Below, piece after piece: positions 21,052-35,400 of a stretch of DNA of 64,000 nucleotides. Within the stretch, counting starts at the first letter, position 1. Every line of letters starts with the position of its first letter. The notes beneath the pieces were generated by a model that made no database searches, was not told the DNA's origin, and saw only the letters and a program-made list of their open reading frames with translations. This DNA comes from Hydrurus foetidus (Eukaryota): NCBI GenBank assembly GCA_900617105.1, contig UYFQ01000651.1, positions 1 to 64,000 of the forward strand. Direction: 5' to 3'. Both the position numbers and the translations under genes were made by a program.

Positions 21052-24000
21052 CTAGGAACTCTCGGATTCCAGAATTCTTGCAACTCTAGCAGCTTGAAAA
21101 CTCGCCAATTCCCACTGATATTTCCACATGGCTATCTCGCATCGAATACTCAGTCGATAAGCGGCCTCCTCTTCAGCGTCTTCAGCTGTCTCAATTTCAA
21201 CAGAATGTTCTGGAGTACGTACTTTGCGATTAATGCGTACATGTATGTTCGTGTTTGTTCTGTTTAGTTCTAGGGAATTAATGTCATGAGTCTCGTACCA
21301 AATTTTGCGCGTTTTAGATGTTCTCTTGTTGACATTATTATTTGGTACGGATGTAGAGATTGTAGTGTTTCCGTGGAGATGCATGCTGCGTGATGAAGGC
21401 ATAGGCATAGGTGCAGGTGCAGGGGAGGTGGAGATGGGTGAGGGAGAGTCACGAATTAAGGCGTCATTATTGTTCCGACAATCATTCTTACATATGATTT
21501 TCATCGACATTGTTTTATCTATCGTTTCCTCTTCCACTTCTACTTCCTTTTCCTCTTCCTTTTTTTCTTCTTTAATCACCACAGAGTCAATCATAGCGTT
21601 AGTACGCGAAGAAGATACTTGTACGTTACACTGTTTTTCAAGTACAACCCCTTGTGACATTTCCTCCTCCATGATCGCTTCTCTCCTCACTGCACTCTCA
21701 TCACAAACATCACCACTCTCTCTGTTTTTTTCTGCTATTCCTCGTGTGTCCAACATTCCCTTAGGACCAGAATTGCTGCAGAACATTCCGCGTAAACTGC
21801 TAACGTCACTCCGCAAATCGCACATTCTTTTGGGGGATGTAATACAGGTGGAACTTGGACTTCGAATTCCAGAATTTTCGATAAAGTGCGACTGTTGATA
21901 TTGGATGTTAGGAACTGTGTGAGTAGAGAGTATTGATTTCAGAGGTGATGGAGATGCAGATGGGGATGGTTTGGATGGAGTAGAAGTGGGAGAAGGAGTA
22001 GTGAGAGGGTGGGAGGAGAGAGGAGAAGAGGAGGAAGAAAGAGAAATGGTCGATACTACTGATTCTGATTCTGTTCCGCATTCTGATTCGCATTCTGACT
22101 CATTTTCATTTTCAAATTCTGCTTCTGCTTTATCAATACTGACGTCATTCGTATTCCGATCCACTTTGCTAGGAATGTTCGGAAGCGATGAAGAACATTC
22201 TTCAACAGTGTTGTAGGAAGAACGTTCTGAATTTGCCTCAAGCAATATTTCAGTAGAATTTTCCTTGCCAAGTCGATCAGAAGAATGTTCTTCGCTTGGA
22301 CCTCTTGATGGGGAATGTTCCTCACGCAATTTGGAAGTTTGTCGTTCATAATAAGTGTGCGTCAGTAATTTAATTTGTGTTGGTATTAAAGAGATGTTCT
22401 CACAGAACGGCTCAGCTGTCTGCATTGCCCTCTCAGGTGCTCTCTCCTGACAGACAGCATCCCTGCCCTGCTTCTCACGTACTGGTAAACATACGCACTT
22501 ATCATCTATTGGAGGCATATTGACATTCGAATAGTCAGTGGAAACCTCTACTACATCCGACTGTGGGAATGTCGTACTAATAACTGGACTTTCATGAGCA
22601 ATTGAGGAATTAAATGAGATATTATTTGGTCTTGCTCTTTTAGGTGTAGCAGTATATTGACTTAAATCACTATCAGAATCAGAATAGGACCCATTACTCT
22701 CACATTCCAGAGTTAGAGGAGTGATTTTACTTTTCAGTTGTGTTGCGCCTGTAGTTTTATCGTCATATTTGTCATATTTGTCATATTTGTCAACAGCTAT
22801 TTCGAGCGTATTTTGTACGGTACATGGAGGAATGTAAGGTACTATTGATTCACTTAGTATCTCATTTTCATTCTCAAACTCAATCTTCACCTCTACCTTG
22901 TTCTCTAATTCGTTCTCTACCTCGTTCTCTTCCTCTTGTGATGTGTCATCCGTCTGTGACTGAAACAACATTTTCAAAATTGAAACTTTCTCGGATACTG
23001 CTGTGCAACTTTTGTATGGAGAATCATCCTTCTCATCAACACACTCTTTTTTCTTATTATCTACTTCGTTAATATTGTTTTTCTCACTTACACTCTTCTC
23101 CTCTTTTTCTGTTTCATTCAAATTCGGAATAATTTCATTTTCACTTATTGCCTTGAATATATTTCTTTCCCGTACAAATCGCATGCTTGGCAGACCAGTG
23201 ATAACGTCTGGTGTTGTATCGCATCTGTCATTCTCGATTTCATCTTGACACTCATTTTTATCTTCGATGCTATTTTTTTCATCCACATGACCATATTTTT
23301 CTATTTCTTCTTTGATTCCGTTTGTTCCTATTTTGCTCTCACTATTTTTTTTCATCATACATTTTGCATTTTGATCGCAGTAACTGGTCAAATTATCATC
23401 ACTACCATTTCTGACATTTCTCTCACTTCTCTCACTACCCATGTAGCTCATATCAGCATTTGGCGTCATTAGTTCTCTTTTCTTATCATATCCACTTGAT
23501 TTCAATTCACATTTTCTATTTGTTACTGATGGCATACATGAGGTAGTGTTTGAGGTAGTGTTGGAGGCAGAGTTAGAGGTAGTGTTTGAGGTAGTGTCAT
23601 CTGCCATTGATGATAGAAGAGCTCTAAATGGAGCGGAAGGTGTTGAGTTGCATCGTATCATGCCTCTGCCAAATGGATTGCAGGCAGAGAAAACGGGCAC
23701 TTTTGATAGAGAAGAAGATGAAGAAGAGGAGGAAGAGGAGGCTGGAAAAGAAGATATAGTAGCTCTTCTATTCATAACGACCTCCCCATTACTTCCGCTT
23801 GATGCACCAGCAGCATTACTTTTACTACTATTTAAATCATTTGCAGCAAATATCTCTTCAGCCATAACTTCCATTATGGTCAGCCGAGCTGTCGTAGGAG
23901 ACAAAGTGGACCTTCGGGGACTGGATTTAGGGACCTTTTCAGGGGTCCCCAAAATGGGTGTGGAATGTGTGTTGGACGGGTCTAGGTTCTCTTGAATAAG

Positions 24001-25799
24001 CAGGGTTGAGGGTTTTTTCTTGAGTCTTGATGCGGGAGATAAAGTGTGAATGGAAGTGGAATTTGTCGGACATAAGTAGGAGGTTGGACTGAAGGATGTA
24101 ATCGTTGCTGTGGTGGATATGGAGGGAGATGAAGATGAATTACCTAGAGAAGAAGATAAAGACGAGGAAGAAGAGGCGGAGGAAGTAGAGGAGGGTGAGG
24201 AGTTTGGAGAGAGTGATTGACATCCTTTCGAAACATAAGGCCCGTGATTTTCTTTGTTTATTCCTTTGATAAATCCAGAAGATAAATCATCTTGAGGAAT
24301 CTTCTTCGTCTCATCAAGTGGTGAGGAGGATATTTTCATGTTTTTGAAAGAATTATGTCTACTGAATATTGTTGGTGATGCAGAGAGACGAGATCGAAGT
24401 TTCCTAGCGGCTTTTAAGGTGTCCAAGTGCGTCAAATATCTATCCAAAAATAAATCAAAAAGTAAAATTAATTTCAAAAATGTAAAACCAGAAATAGTGT
24501 GTAATCTATAATTTCATAACCATAATTTGTAATCACTGTCTCAGAGAACTTCGACACTTGTAAACAAAAGGATGTCATCGACATAGGCGGATTGTGTCGC
24601 ATTTGTAAACATTTGGAAGATAAATTAATGGAATATTGGGTGGGGTAGAAAAGAACATTCCTACGATGGTAAACAAAATAGCACATTAGGAACATTGAAA
24701 CTCGTATCGAACACTTGTTGTTCTCAAAATACAGAATTCATTCACGACAGAATTATACAGAAATAGAACATAATTGCATATAGCATGCGTAATTCAAATT
24801 GATTTCACAGAACAAATTTCTAGCTCAAAAGAAAAGGTAGTGTAGCAAAAAGCACGCAACAGTTTGAACTCTGGACTTGTCCTTTACCTCTTCTCATATT
24901 CCCCGGAATCGACAGCATAGCCGGTCTCCATATCGACATAAACATAGGCAGTACATTTACTGCGAGATTTCTCCACTTTGCATTTTGTGTATTCCTCGCA
25001 TGCCTTCGAGTCTAGCAGACGTTGCTTCTCAGCGTCTGCCACCATAGGAGTCATTCCTAACAGAAGAGTCTTCTTCGCATCTAAAGAATCGGAAGGGGTT
25101 CAGCGATGAGAGATGAATTAGAGAATATTGCTGTATCGCAATAACATCTAATCGGAAAGAGGCTGAGTTGCGCTAGTTATTGCTGCTATTTGCTCGAGAA
25201 CTGTGGGACGCATCGAGAATGGATGAAAAACAGGTGTGGAGAAAATAATTCTTAGAGAGTCAGTAGAAAGAGAAAATTTCCTCATCAGGCCGTAGCAGGT
25301 CTTGCGATGCTAACATCTTCTCAACGATACAACAACTTGCTTACCTAAGGATTCAGGGTGATTTGTATACTTCTCTGGATACATGCTTCTTTGTGGTAGA
25401 ATACCATACCCTGTTTTTTCCATAAGAAGTCTCGCTAAAGTGCATGCCTTTTTTGCCGGAATCCTTCCTATACTGTTCGCCATCAACTGCAACAGCGTCA
25501 AAGATAATCGTGGAAGATAAGAAAACCCACTAGATGATCTATAAGATATCGATTGCAACACATCGATCTGCCTCATGTTTTACCCTGCAAAATTCCCTGA
25601 CGCGCTCCTCATCACTTCTTGCTGAGAAGAAAGTCGATTCATCTTTGGCTTCTTTCCTCGGTAAGATGACATTATCGCATTCGGTGATATCAACTTCTCG
25701 ATATCCTCGCGGATTGACCTCCATACTTTGACGAATATCGCTTAGGAATACCTCAAGCTCTGCATTACTCACTGTTCTTGTTAAACTGCTGTTCGTCAT
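21052..25799 (-). CDS. Large protein of unknown function, 4 exons (25799-25584, 25486-25345, 25080-24888, 24439-21052)
   Basis: GT-AG introns join in frame; ordered N-terminus ending YVYVDMETGYAVDSGEYEKRY, ~1100 aa S/E-rich low complexity, short helical C-terminus. Confidence 0.8.
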
Positions 25800-26481
25800 T
25801 CTAGCGAAATTCCTGCTTCAAGGATCATAAATTTTTCGTATGTTGTGACTCAAGTGTGAGATCTTCTGTCAATATACGAAGATCCGTGCATAACAGGCCT
25901 CAAGGCTTGCTATATGACTGTTCAGCGTATTCAAACTTTCACCACTCCTATGTTGGATGTCCAGTGATCCAATCGAGCCAATCGAAATCCCGAATCCGTT
26001 TGAAAAAAGAGAAAGAAATACACGCAGACACAGTACCCAGTACGTTACTACAGAGAATGGCCGAACGCCCCCCCCCCCCCATCTTGAAGTTTCAGAGACC
26101 CGACCGTTACTTTTTTTTATAAAAAAAACGCACCGAAAACTAAAGCCAACTCATTCCGAAACTTTCCGGAAATGAAAACTCGTGGGTTTTTGGTTTTAGT
26201 TTTCGGTGAGTAAGAAACGGTCTGAGTACGTCAGTCTGTTGTTGTGGGTTGCGGTTTGCGATGTATGTACGCAGTTTTGACACGTCACGTGCGTTACGTA
26301 CGTTTCCATGACAGCAAGGCGTCTCTCTCTCTCTCATACGTACACCATTTCAGCTCACAGCTGAGACAAAAGCAGTCGTCAATTAGAGTTTTGGCTTCAA
26401 TCGTTTGTCAATCGTTTTAATCTTGTCGCTCTGTGACTCACTATTGTGTTGTAGACGCTTCAGGAAAAAAATCCAGCTGCT

Positions 26482-29400
26482 ATGTCAAATTTATCTCAGC
26501 CTCCAATGACGGCAGCATTTCTCGTCTTAATGACTATTTGCGTTAGTCAGCCCGTGGCCTCGCTGTTGCTATCAAAACAAAGTTTGTTACCGAGCAGTAG
26601 AGGGGCTATTAGCGGAATTTGTCGGCTTCCCAGAGGCAGCACAAGGAAATATCTTGAGTTGAGGTAAGCTGAATAATCTTATTTCTACTCGTTGCTGTCA
26701 TGATATACACTCCACTTTGACAGCCCTGCACGTAAAATATCAGTGATATCTTGGATGAAGATAGCACTGAGTTCATTGACGCTTTAAAGCGTCAAGTTGA
26801 TGGCTCTAATCCGATGAATGCGTCACCTCGAGAGGTAATGTAATGTAATGTAATTTCACCTATCTTCGTGCATGGATTTCTACCGCTATCTCGACAGATC
26901 GATTCGGCACAATTACTTTAATTAGTCACTATTCTGCTCTATAGGTAACGAATCGAATCAAGACTTTCTTCATGAACACCAAAAGATCGAAGGAGGAAAT
27001 GATTAATTTCAAGAAGTATATTGATAACAATAAATCCGTGATGGATATAGTAAATGCTATTCTACTCGTAGAGGGCTGTGCTAGATCAAGTATTAAAGTC
27101 AGAGATATTATAAGTTGGCCAACTATACTGGAGGCGATGGAGAGGCGATCTCCTCTGCTGTCTTCTTCTATCGTATACAGAGGCATCAGCAGCATGCGTA
27201 GAATGGACGCAGATGAAACTGACGCACAAAAGTTCCTAAGACTTCTGTGGGAACAAACAGTAGAAGCTCAAGTTGTTCTCGATGATTCCGACATCTGCCC
27301 CGCCATATATTCAATGCAAACTTTAAATGCGAATTCTATTTGGACGAAGAATTTTTTGAGATTTTTTGCAGATGCTCTGGATGCTTCAACACAAACATTT
27401 CCATCCAAGGTGAATAAAATAAAATAAAGTAAAACTGAATATGGATACAAAAATAAAAGTAAAAAGTGTTCTTTGTAGAGAACAGTAGCTAGGAAAGGAA
27501 CAGTTTTCTCAAAATTGGTCTTAACCCCCTTCCACTTAACTTCATCATTTTGAATTCTTTTTCTTTTTTGGTTCTTATTTTTTTTTAAATTTTTCTCGTT
27601 CATTATTTCGCAGTGCTCTACCTACTCAATGCAAGCATGAACTATCTATCTGTTCTCTTTCAAATGCATCCAATTTACATCTTTTATCCTATTTTCATCT
27701 CTAAAGTGTTTTTCTCGTAGTTGAAGTGTTTCATTCAGATTGTAGTGATGGCTTAAACATGTCGATTAATGCAAATGACGCACTAAAAATACTTAAAACT
27801 CATTTAAGTTGAATTATGGAATACTAATTGTCCCTATTCAAATAAAAAAAATAGTACGTACGATGTAGTTCACTTATCTGAGCAACTATGTGAAATAATT
27901 TTTATATCATCTACTTTATTAATTGTTAACGCACTTGATTGCTGATGATATATTGTTTTTTATTGTTACTATTAGACACTATGCAGTTCTGTATTTGGAT
28001 TAAAGAAAATGAAAGCTGTGGGTGAAGTGAGATATTTAATATCTGCTCTAGCACGTAAAATCATCTCAAGTGAAGTGTACTATCACCCAGTAAATATCTG
28101 CATCGCATTAAATGGGTTGCAAGGTAAGACACAGTGAAGTTTTTGATGCTGTTTCAATACATTTGATGCTAATTTTCGCTGGTTCTCAGTTTTTTTATTA
28201 GGCATATGTTGGGCATTTTTATATTTTAGAGATGGATTATATTGGTTAAGATGGATTGAATTCGATTAATGGATCTACGCTACATTCCATTAAAAAATTA
28301 TTCCCATTCTGAATTTCACCCTGTATTATTTATTCTATATCACTTATCGTCATGAACTTTAAGTCTCTTGTATATTGTATCATTGAATAATTTTTCGCAT
28401 TGAAATATTCCATTTATTATATTCCACATAGGCCTATGCGATGAGTATGAATAATACATGAAGTTAGATTATCTCCGTGAAGATGAGGATGAGGATGAAA
28501 AAAATTGTTCTGTGGCTATATTTTCGATTAATCATTTAGTTATAATCTGCTCCATCAAACTTAATTTCTTCTTCCATCTTTTTCGTATTATTAGATTTAT
28601 TTATTCATTTATTTATTCATTTATTTATTCATTCATTCATTCATTCATATCTTTATTTCTCTTGTATCTTTTCTCTTTTCTTTTTTCCTTTTTTTTTCTT
28701 TTTCTTTTCTTTTCTAGGCATGGACGACTCATCAACAGAAGTACGTAGTTTGCTAACAGCTCTGATGGAAAAATCCATATCTGCAGAGGAGCAAGGAATC
28801 GACAAAGCGGGAGATAGAGAAATATCAATGGCTCTATTCGGTAAGAAGTACTATCTATTAATTTACATTCAATCATGTTATTTTTTTGTCATCGAAGTTG
28901 AGCCTTGTGAATTGCAGATGATTTGTGTTGTTTATTGTAATATCAATGGGATTATTTGGTAGTAATAATGATATTTCAATCACCATAAAGTTACGTCAAT
29001 TTATGATCTGATTAGTATATCTACATAGATGATTTAAGATTTAAACTTGGACATCATAACTCTATTTTCGCTCCTTTCCTCTACTTCATCTCCCTCTTTT
29101 TCATTCTTCACTTTTAGTTTTCGTTTTTTCATTTTCGTTTTTTGCTACCATTATTTATTATTTATTTTTGCAGGGTTACAGCGTATGGGGGCAAAACAAG
29201 CGAGTCAGAAAAAATACCAACCATCCGAATCTACGCCTGAAGTGCTTAGAGTTCTAAAATATTTAGGTATTGTCAAGGCCAAAACAAAACAGTAATTTTG
29301 AAGATTTTCTTGAAGCATTTTTGACGAGTATTGATGAGTTCACGTTGTTCTCAGTTGTGTTATTTTCGAATACGGAAATATGAAATTCCTGTTTGATTGT

Positions 29401-32400
29401 GACTTCGACAATACGTATGTATTTATTTCTTCTCATAAATGCTACTGTATGTGTTTGCGTGCGTACGTAGGTTTTCTAAAGGGTATACGGTATATTGAGC
29501 AATCCGCACACCACTTAACTTCATCATCATATCAGTTATGATGTTATACAGTAATGCACCTAGGGATCATTCGAATTGACGTGCTGATTAATCCTTCCAA
29601 TATCATTAGTTGCTAATATAATTAGTTTCAATATCATTATTAATGTTGCAATTTCTTTATTTATTCATTTATTTTGTTACAGGATCCTTGCTTGATAGTT
29701 TTGACCAGCCATTTGAAGGCAGAAGACTTGGATTCGCAGTTATGGGAATATCCGGTGAGATTTGATGCTATTTCCATTTATAATATTTATTCTATCGAAT
29801 TATTCTATCTACAGATTTATTCTGCTGTGAGATTTAAAATTATTAACATTTGTAGTAGATTTGATATTTTTGATCACGGTTTTGATTTATTTTTTTTCTA
29901 TTTTTTATTTGCGATGTTATCATATTGTATTTGTATTAATATTAATATTTTACAATTTTTATTTCTCTTTATAATCGTACCTAACTGTACGCACTTGAAA
30001 GAATAATACGTTACAAATTGTATGAATAAAACTTTTTGAAAGGTTTGTCCAGTAGCGTACCAGAGGTGCAAGATTTGGTGGGTAAGATCGCTGTGAGAGC
30101 AAAAGATGCATGGGGAGAAATGAACTCCCAAGAATTGAGCATGTGTCTACACGGTATGTGAAGATTGATGAACTGTGAGATAGGATGTGGTGTAGTGTGA
30201 TGTGATAGTGTCTCTTGTGAGATGGTGTGATGTATTGAGTGAAGATGAATGTGTGTACACGGTATGTAAAGATTGATGAACTGTGAGATAGGATGTGGTG
30301 TAGTGTGATGTGATAGTGTCTCTTGTGAGATGGTGTGATGTATTGAGTGAAGATGAATGTGTGTACACGGTATGTAAAGATTGATGAATTGTGAGATAGG
30401 ATGTGGTGTGATAGTGTCTCTTGTGAGATGGTGTGATGTATTGAGTGAAGATGAATGTGTGTACACGGTATGTAAAGATTGATGAATTGTGAGATAGGAT
30501 GTGGTGTGATAGTGTCTCTTGTGAGATGGTGTGATGTATTGAGTGAAGATGAATGTGTGTACACGGTATGTAAAGATTGATGAATTGTGAGATAGGATGT
30601 GGTGTGATAGTGTCTCTTGTGAGATGGTGTGATGTATTGAGTGAAGATGAATGTGTGTACACGGTATGTGAAGATTGATGAACTGTGAGATAGGATGTGG
30701 TGTGATAGTGTCTCTTGTGAGATGGTGTGATGTATTGAGTGAAGATGAATGTGTATACACGGTAAGTAAAGGTGAAAATGGAGTGGGATTTATTGTGTGG
30801 GGTTTTGATGAGAGATCTTACAGCATGCGATGTGGTGCGATGTGATGTGAGAGGATAGGGCGTTATCAAGTGATGGTTAGATATGATGTGTCTACATGGT
30901 GTATTATGAAATAGACTAGGATCTATAGTGTCTCAGATGGTGTGATGTATTGAGTCTGAATGTCACGGTATGCAATTGATGAGTGCGATAGGATGTGTGT
31001 GATAGTGTCTCTTGTGAGATGGTGTCGTATCAGTGAAGATGAATGTGGTACACTATGTAAAGATTGATGTTCCAATAATGTATAGTGTCTCGCGTGGTGT
31101 GGTATTTGAAGGAATGTGTTCACGGTATGTAAGATTGATGGTGAATGGATGTGAAGTGTCTTTAGATGGTGTGATGTATTGAGTGAAGTGAATGCATATA
31201 ATTTGATGAATTTGGATAATTGGTTTAGTGTCTTTGTGAGATGGTGTGATGTTTCCGTGAACCTTGCGTGCAACTCCTCTTTTTATTATCAAATTGCTTT
31301 CTTTTTTGCCTTGCAATGTATTTTAATCACCGATTTGTATACCCTTACAATGGCATCCGCTCTGTCCCCTCTACAATGCCATCCCTCCTACGCACTGAAT
31401 GCTTCGATTTCAATAATCATATCAACATAAGCGTTGCAATTATTATTTTCAGCGTTGCTATTATTACTAGAACTAGATAGCATAATATCGACATATTATT
31501 AAAATGCATTTCAATGTTTATACATTTAATGTACATTTTTGATTTAAAATTCACTTCTGACTCTTTTTTCTTTATTAATATTTCCGTACGTTCAGATCTG
31601 TACGAACGGTCTGACATTCAGTTCGCTACAGCGTACGACTCATCCACCGCATTGTATAGCATGCAAGGTAACGACTTTATGAATTTGCATTAGAGTGAAT
31701 TAATGACTGGAACATGAATTGAATTGACAACCAATATTTTTGCACATATTTGAATTCCTATGGCATGATAAACCCACGCATGACTCATTTGAGTTATTAT
31801 TATATTTATTGTTATTATAATTCTTATTACTATTATAACTATTTTCAAATACCATTGGTAGCATTTGATTATCTTGCATTTATTTTTGCTTTTTTTGATG
31901 CCTTTCATTTCATCTTTTTTTGGACACTAATCTATTATTTATTTCTTCATTTTGCTATTTGCTTTTTGTTTTTTTTAAACCCCCCAAAGGTCTGAGTTCT
32001 TCTATTCCTTCTAGTCGAAAGCTACTTGGCCTCGTTGCTGCATCAGTGCTGAATAATCAGGTTAAAATAAGTATTTTTAATCCTATTCCATTTTGTATTC
32101 CATTTTTTTAATTAACTTTTCCTTGTCCCTGCATAAGCTAACTAACTACTCATAAAGTAAAAATCTTAATTCGCATCTAATATCCTCATCACCATCTAAT
32201 AATATTTTGTAGGGTCGATATGAAGGTCGCGATATTTCTATGAGTCTGTACGGCTTGAAAGAGTTCAGCAGTGCCGAAGACGAGACAGCTAAGGTAAAAT
32301 AAATGCACTTATTACTTATAATCCATTGAAAGCTGTTTGAAAGCACTGAAGAATCGTAATTTCACCGTTGCTTGGATCTGAGTTCTGAGGGTTCTGAGAT

Positions 32401-35400
32401 CTGATTCCACGTTTTCTCGAACAAAAGAGAAGTTCTGCGAAAATGTAAAATCAGTTTTCAGACCTCAGACTGTAAGCAACGTCTAAAAATTTTTGTGAAA
32501 TTTTTCGTATAATCCACTTTTTAAAGACGGATTAATCAAAAAAAAGAGATTTTTCACGCTCTATTTATCGAGTCGCTAAGATGTTATAAGAAAGTATTGA
32601 AAACGTGATTTAATCAAACTAAAATTACCGTTTCTACCTCACATTCGTATATTCAAAGCACGTACATTTTATCCTTCTTCTCTTACAAATCTCTGGTGTA
32701 TTCTCTTTTTCTCATCTTGTTTTTTTGTGTAATTCTTTCGTCTTAATCTACTTTCTTTTTTTCAATCTTACTGCAATCTACTTTCTTTTATTCCTTCCAG
32801 GCGCTAGCTGCGCTTGGTCCCTATATCCGGGACTTCCAGGGGTCGTTTACTGTGCAGAATGTTGCGGGTGCTTTGCAAGGACTGCAGAAAATGAAATCAG
32901 GTGCGTTGCTGTGTAGTGTGGTGTGATGTTGTTCAGTATTGTGTGGTGCAGTGTAGTGGTGTCTGGTGTAGTGTAGTGTGGTGCAGTGTAGTGTGGTATA
33001 GTGTAGTGGTGTCTAGCGCAGTGTAGCGGTGTCTGGTGTAGTGCAGTGTAGTGTAGTGTGGTGTGGTATAGTGCAGTGTAGTGTAGTGGTGTCTGGTGCA
33101 GTGTGGTGTAGTGTTACGTGGTGTAGTGTATAGTGTAGTGTAGTGTATAGTGTAGTGTAGTGTAGCAACTTACTGCATGATATAGTATGGTACTAGGCAA
33201 TCGTCATGAATATTCTAATCATCCGAGTATTCAATCAAATTATTTTATCAATCGTAACGCTGAAATCGCATCTAATTTTCTTGTAGGTGTCAAATCATTC
33301 GATTCACTCGTGGGTTACCTCGCTCCTCATGTCGCCGTCACACAAGGTATGCACTCTTGGGGTCAAAACAAAACAGCACTTTAGAAATTTTCTTAAAGCG
33401 AATATAGCGTTATTTAATTCGTTCTCAGCGGTCAAAAATATGAAATTCCTGTTTAGTTGTTACTTCAACAATACCATGTTATATCGACAGACTTGACAGT
33501 GTAATGTATCGATGATCGGGTGTCAAGCAGAACTCTTCTCTTCGCATCTCCTCTTTTCCCAGCTAGACTTGACTGTACTAGATAGATTAAACGTTACTAC
33601 ACTATACTGTACCATACTAGACTACACCAAATAATGTGATTTTTATTTTGTTTTATTTTACCCGCCTAATGATTAATGACGTACTAAATAATCTCTGTGC
33701 AATTTTATTAACATCGTAGTATGGTAATTACCCAAGACAAATTAAATATAGTGTCACATCCAGTGATACAATACACATTACAATACAATACATTCTGATA
33801 TTGTTACTATATTCTATAAAATATAGATACCTTAATTAACATATAATAAACGAAGTGTTGTCAAATTACCCCAGGGGTTTTCAATTCTAGGGGGCTAAGT
33901 ATGGCGTTAGGAGGGCTACAAGGGTTAGATTCAAAACAACCAGATGCTAGGGCACTTATCGAATCAATGGCTGTTCTCATGGAGAAGTCAGAGGTACTTT
34001 GATATTTCAGATCTTATTAACATTATACTAATTATTCTTTTTGAGTAGTCCGGGCATTTTACTGCACAATACGTCCAAATTTAATGGATTATTCCGGTAT
34101 AATTATGCAGTGAGTCATTATATTCTTTTATTTATTTTTGATGCATTTTCTATTATTTGCCGCTCTTCATTCTTATTGTGAGATTTTCTCCTGATTTCAT
34201 TTTACACATACGTCTGTAATGATTTGATCCTGCACTCTGTAATAAATCAGTTATATTAGGCCTGTTTTAATTCTTCTTTATTCCATTTTCTTTTCAATGC
34301 CTTCTTGACATTTTTTGCATTTTTTGATACCTTACGTGTTCTTAATTCTTATTTTAAGATGTACTCATGATCTAGTATTGACTTAATTTAATTTGTTGAC
34401 ATCTTATCCGTTCACTTTACACGTAACAGTTCTGCACTCATTTCCTCTCTTCACCTCACTTCACTCCACCTGATTTTCTTTATATTCTAAATATCATTAT
34501 TTTTATTACATTATTTGTCCTATTTTTTTCCGTAGGAATCTTTCACCGGTTTTGAAGATTTTCATCAAATATCTACAGCACTGAACGGACTAAGTGGTGC
34601 GTACGTACACATTCCACCCCACTGAACACCCCCCTTTTTTCTCTTTTTTCAATGTGATTCTGTATTCGTATATACACTAGTCCAAGCTTTTTGTTTCTTC
34701 TGTTTTACGTGCCTTTTTCCCACCCACCACTCCCTCTTCCATTATTACCCTGTCCTTGTTCTTACTTCCTCCCTCATCTCTCCTTCCTATTCCCTTCCTT
34801 CCTCTTCCATTCCTCCCTCCTCTCATCTCTTCATTCCCCTCTCCTCCTTCTGTCCTCCTCCCTCTTCCCCTTCTCTTCCTTCTGTCCATTCAGTCACAAT
34901 TGTTACACGTTACATGCACGTTGCACTCTATCTCCATATTCGCGTGTCACTCTTATCATTTTTTCTCTTTTGATTTTCAACTTTTGATTTTTATATCTGA
35001 GGTCACTATTTTATTCACCATTCAATGGGAATATCGTGAGAGCCTTGAAATTTTGATGTGTTCTTCACGTTAATCTACTTTCCTTTCCTTTTCTTCTCTC
35101 GTGTGTTTTCTCTCTTCTATTCTTTTAAGGAGTGCAAGAGAATGGCGTGACTCAGGTTAGGAAGTGGCAGCAAGGCACAGGAGTGATCATCTCCACTGCA
35201 TCTGTTAACACCGCTATATCAGACACTGACAGATCCGCGAATAAACAAAAAGGTACGTTGAATAATTATTGTCAAACTATCAACTAAACAGGAATGCCTT
35301 ATTTTCGTACTAAAAATGACCGCTGAGAATAACGTATATTCAATCACTCTATATTCGACAAATGTGCTTCAAGAAAACTCATAGCGTTGCTGTTTTGTTT

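Noticed and set aside
21305..23995. Multiple plus-strand ORFs
   Set aside because: Antisense shadows of the long low-complexity minus-strand exon.
25310..25576. Apparent frameshift between ORFs 25539-25799 and 25310-25576
   Set aside because: Resolved by a 97-nt GT-AG intron (25583-25487).
30141..30766. CRISPR-like array
   Set aside because: Whole units repeat with no unique spacers; eukaryotic intron; no cas genes.
29959..31316. Long His/Thr-rich ORFs on the minus strand
   Set aside because: Translations of the intronic minisatellite.
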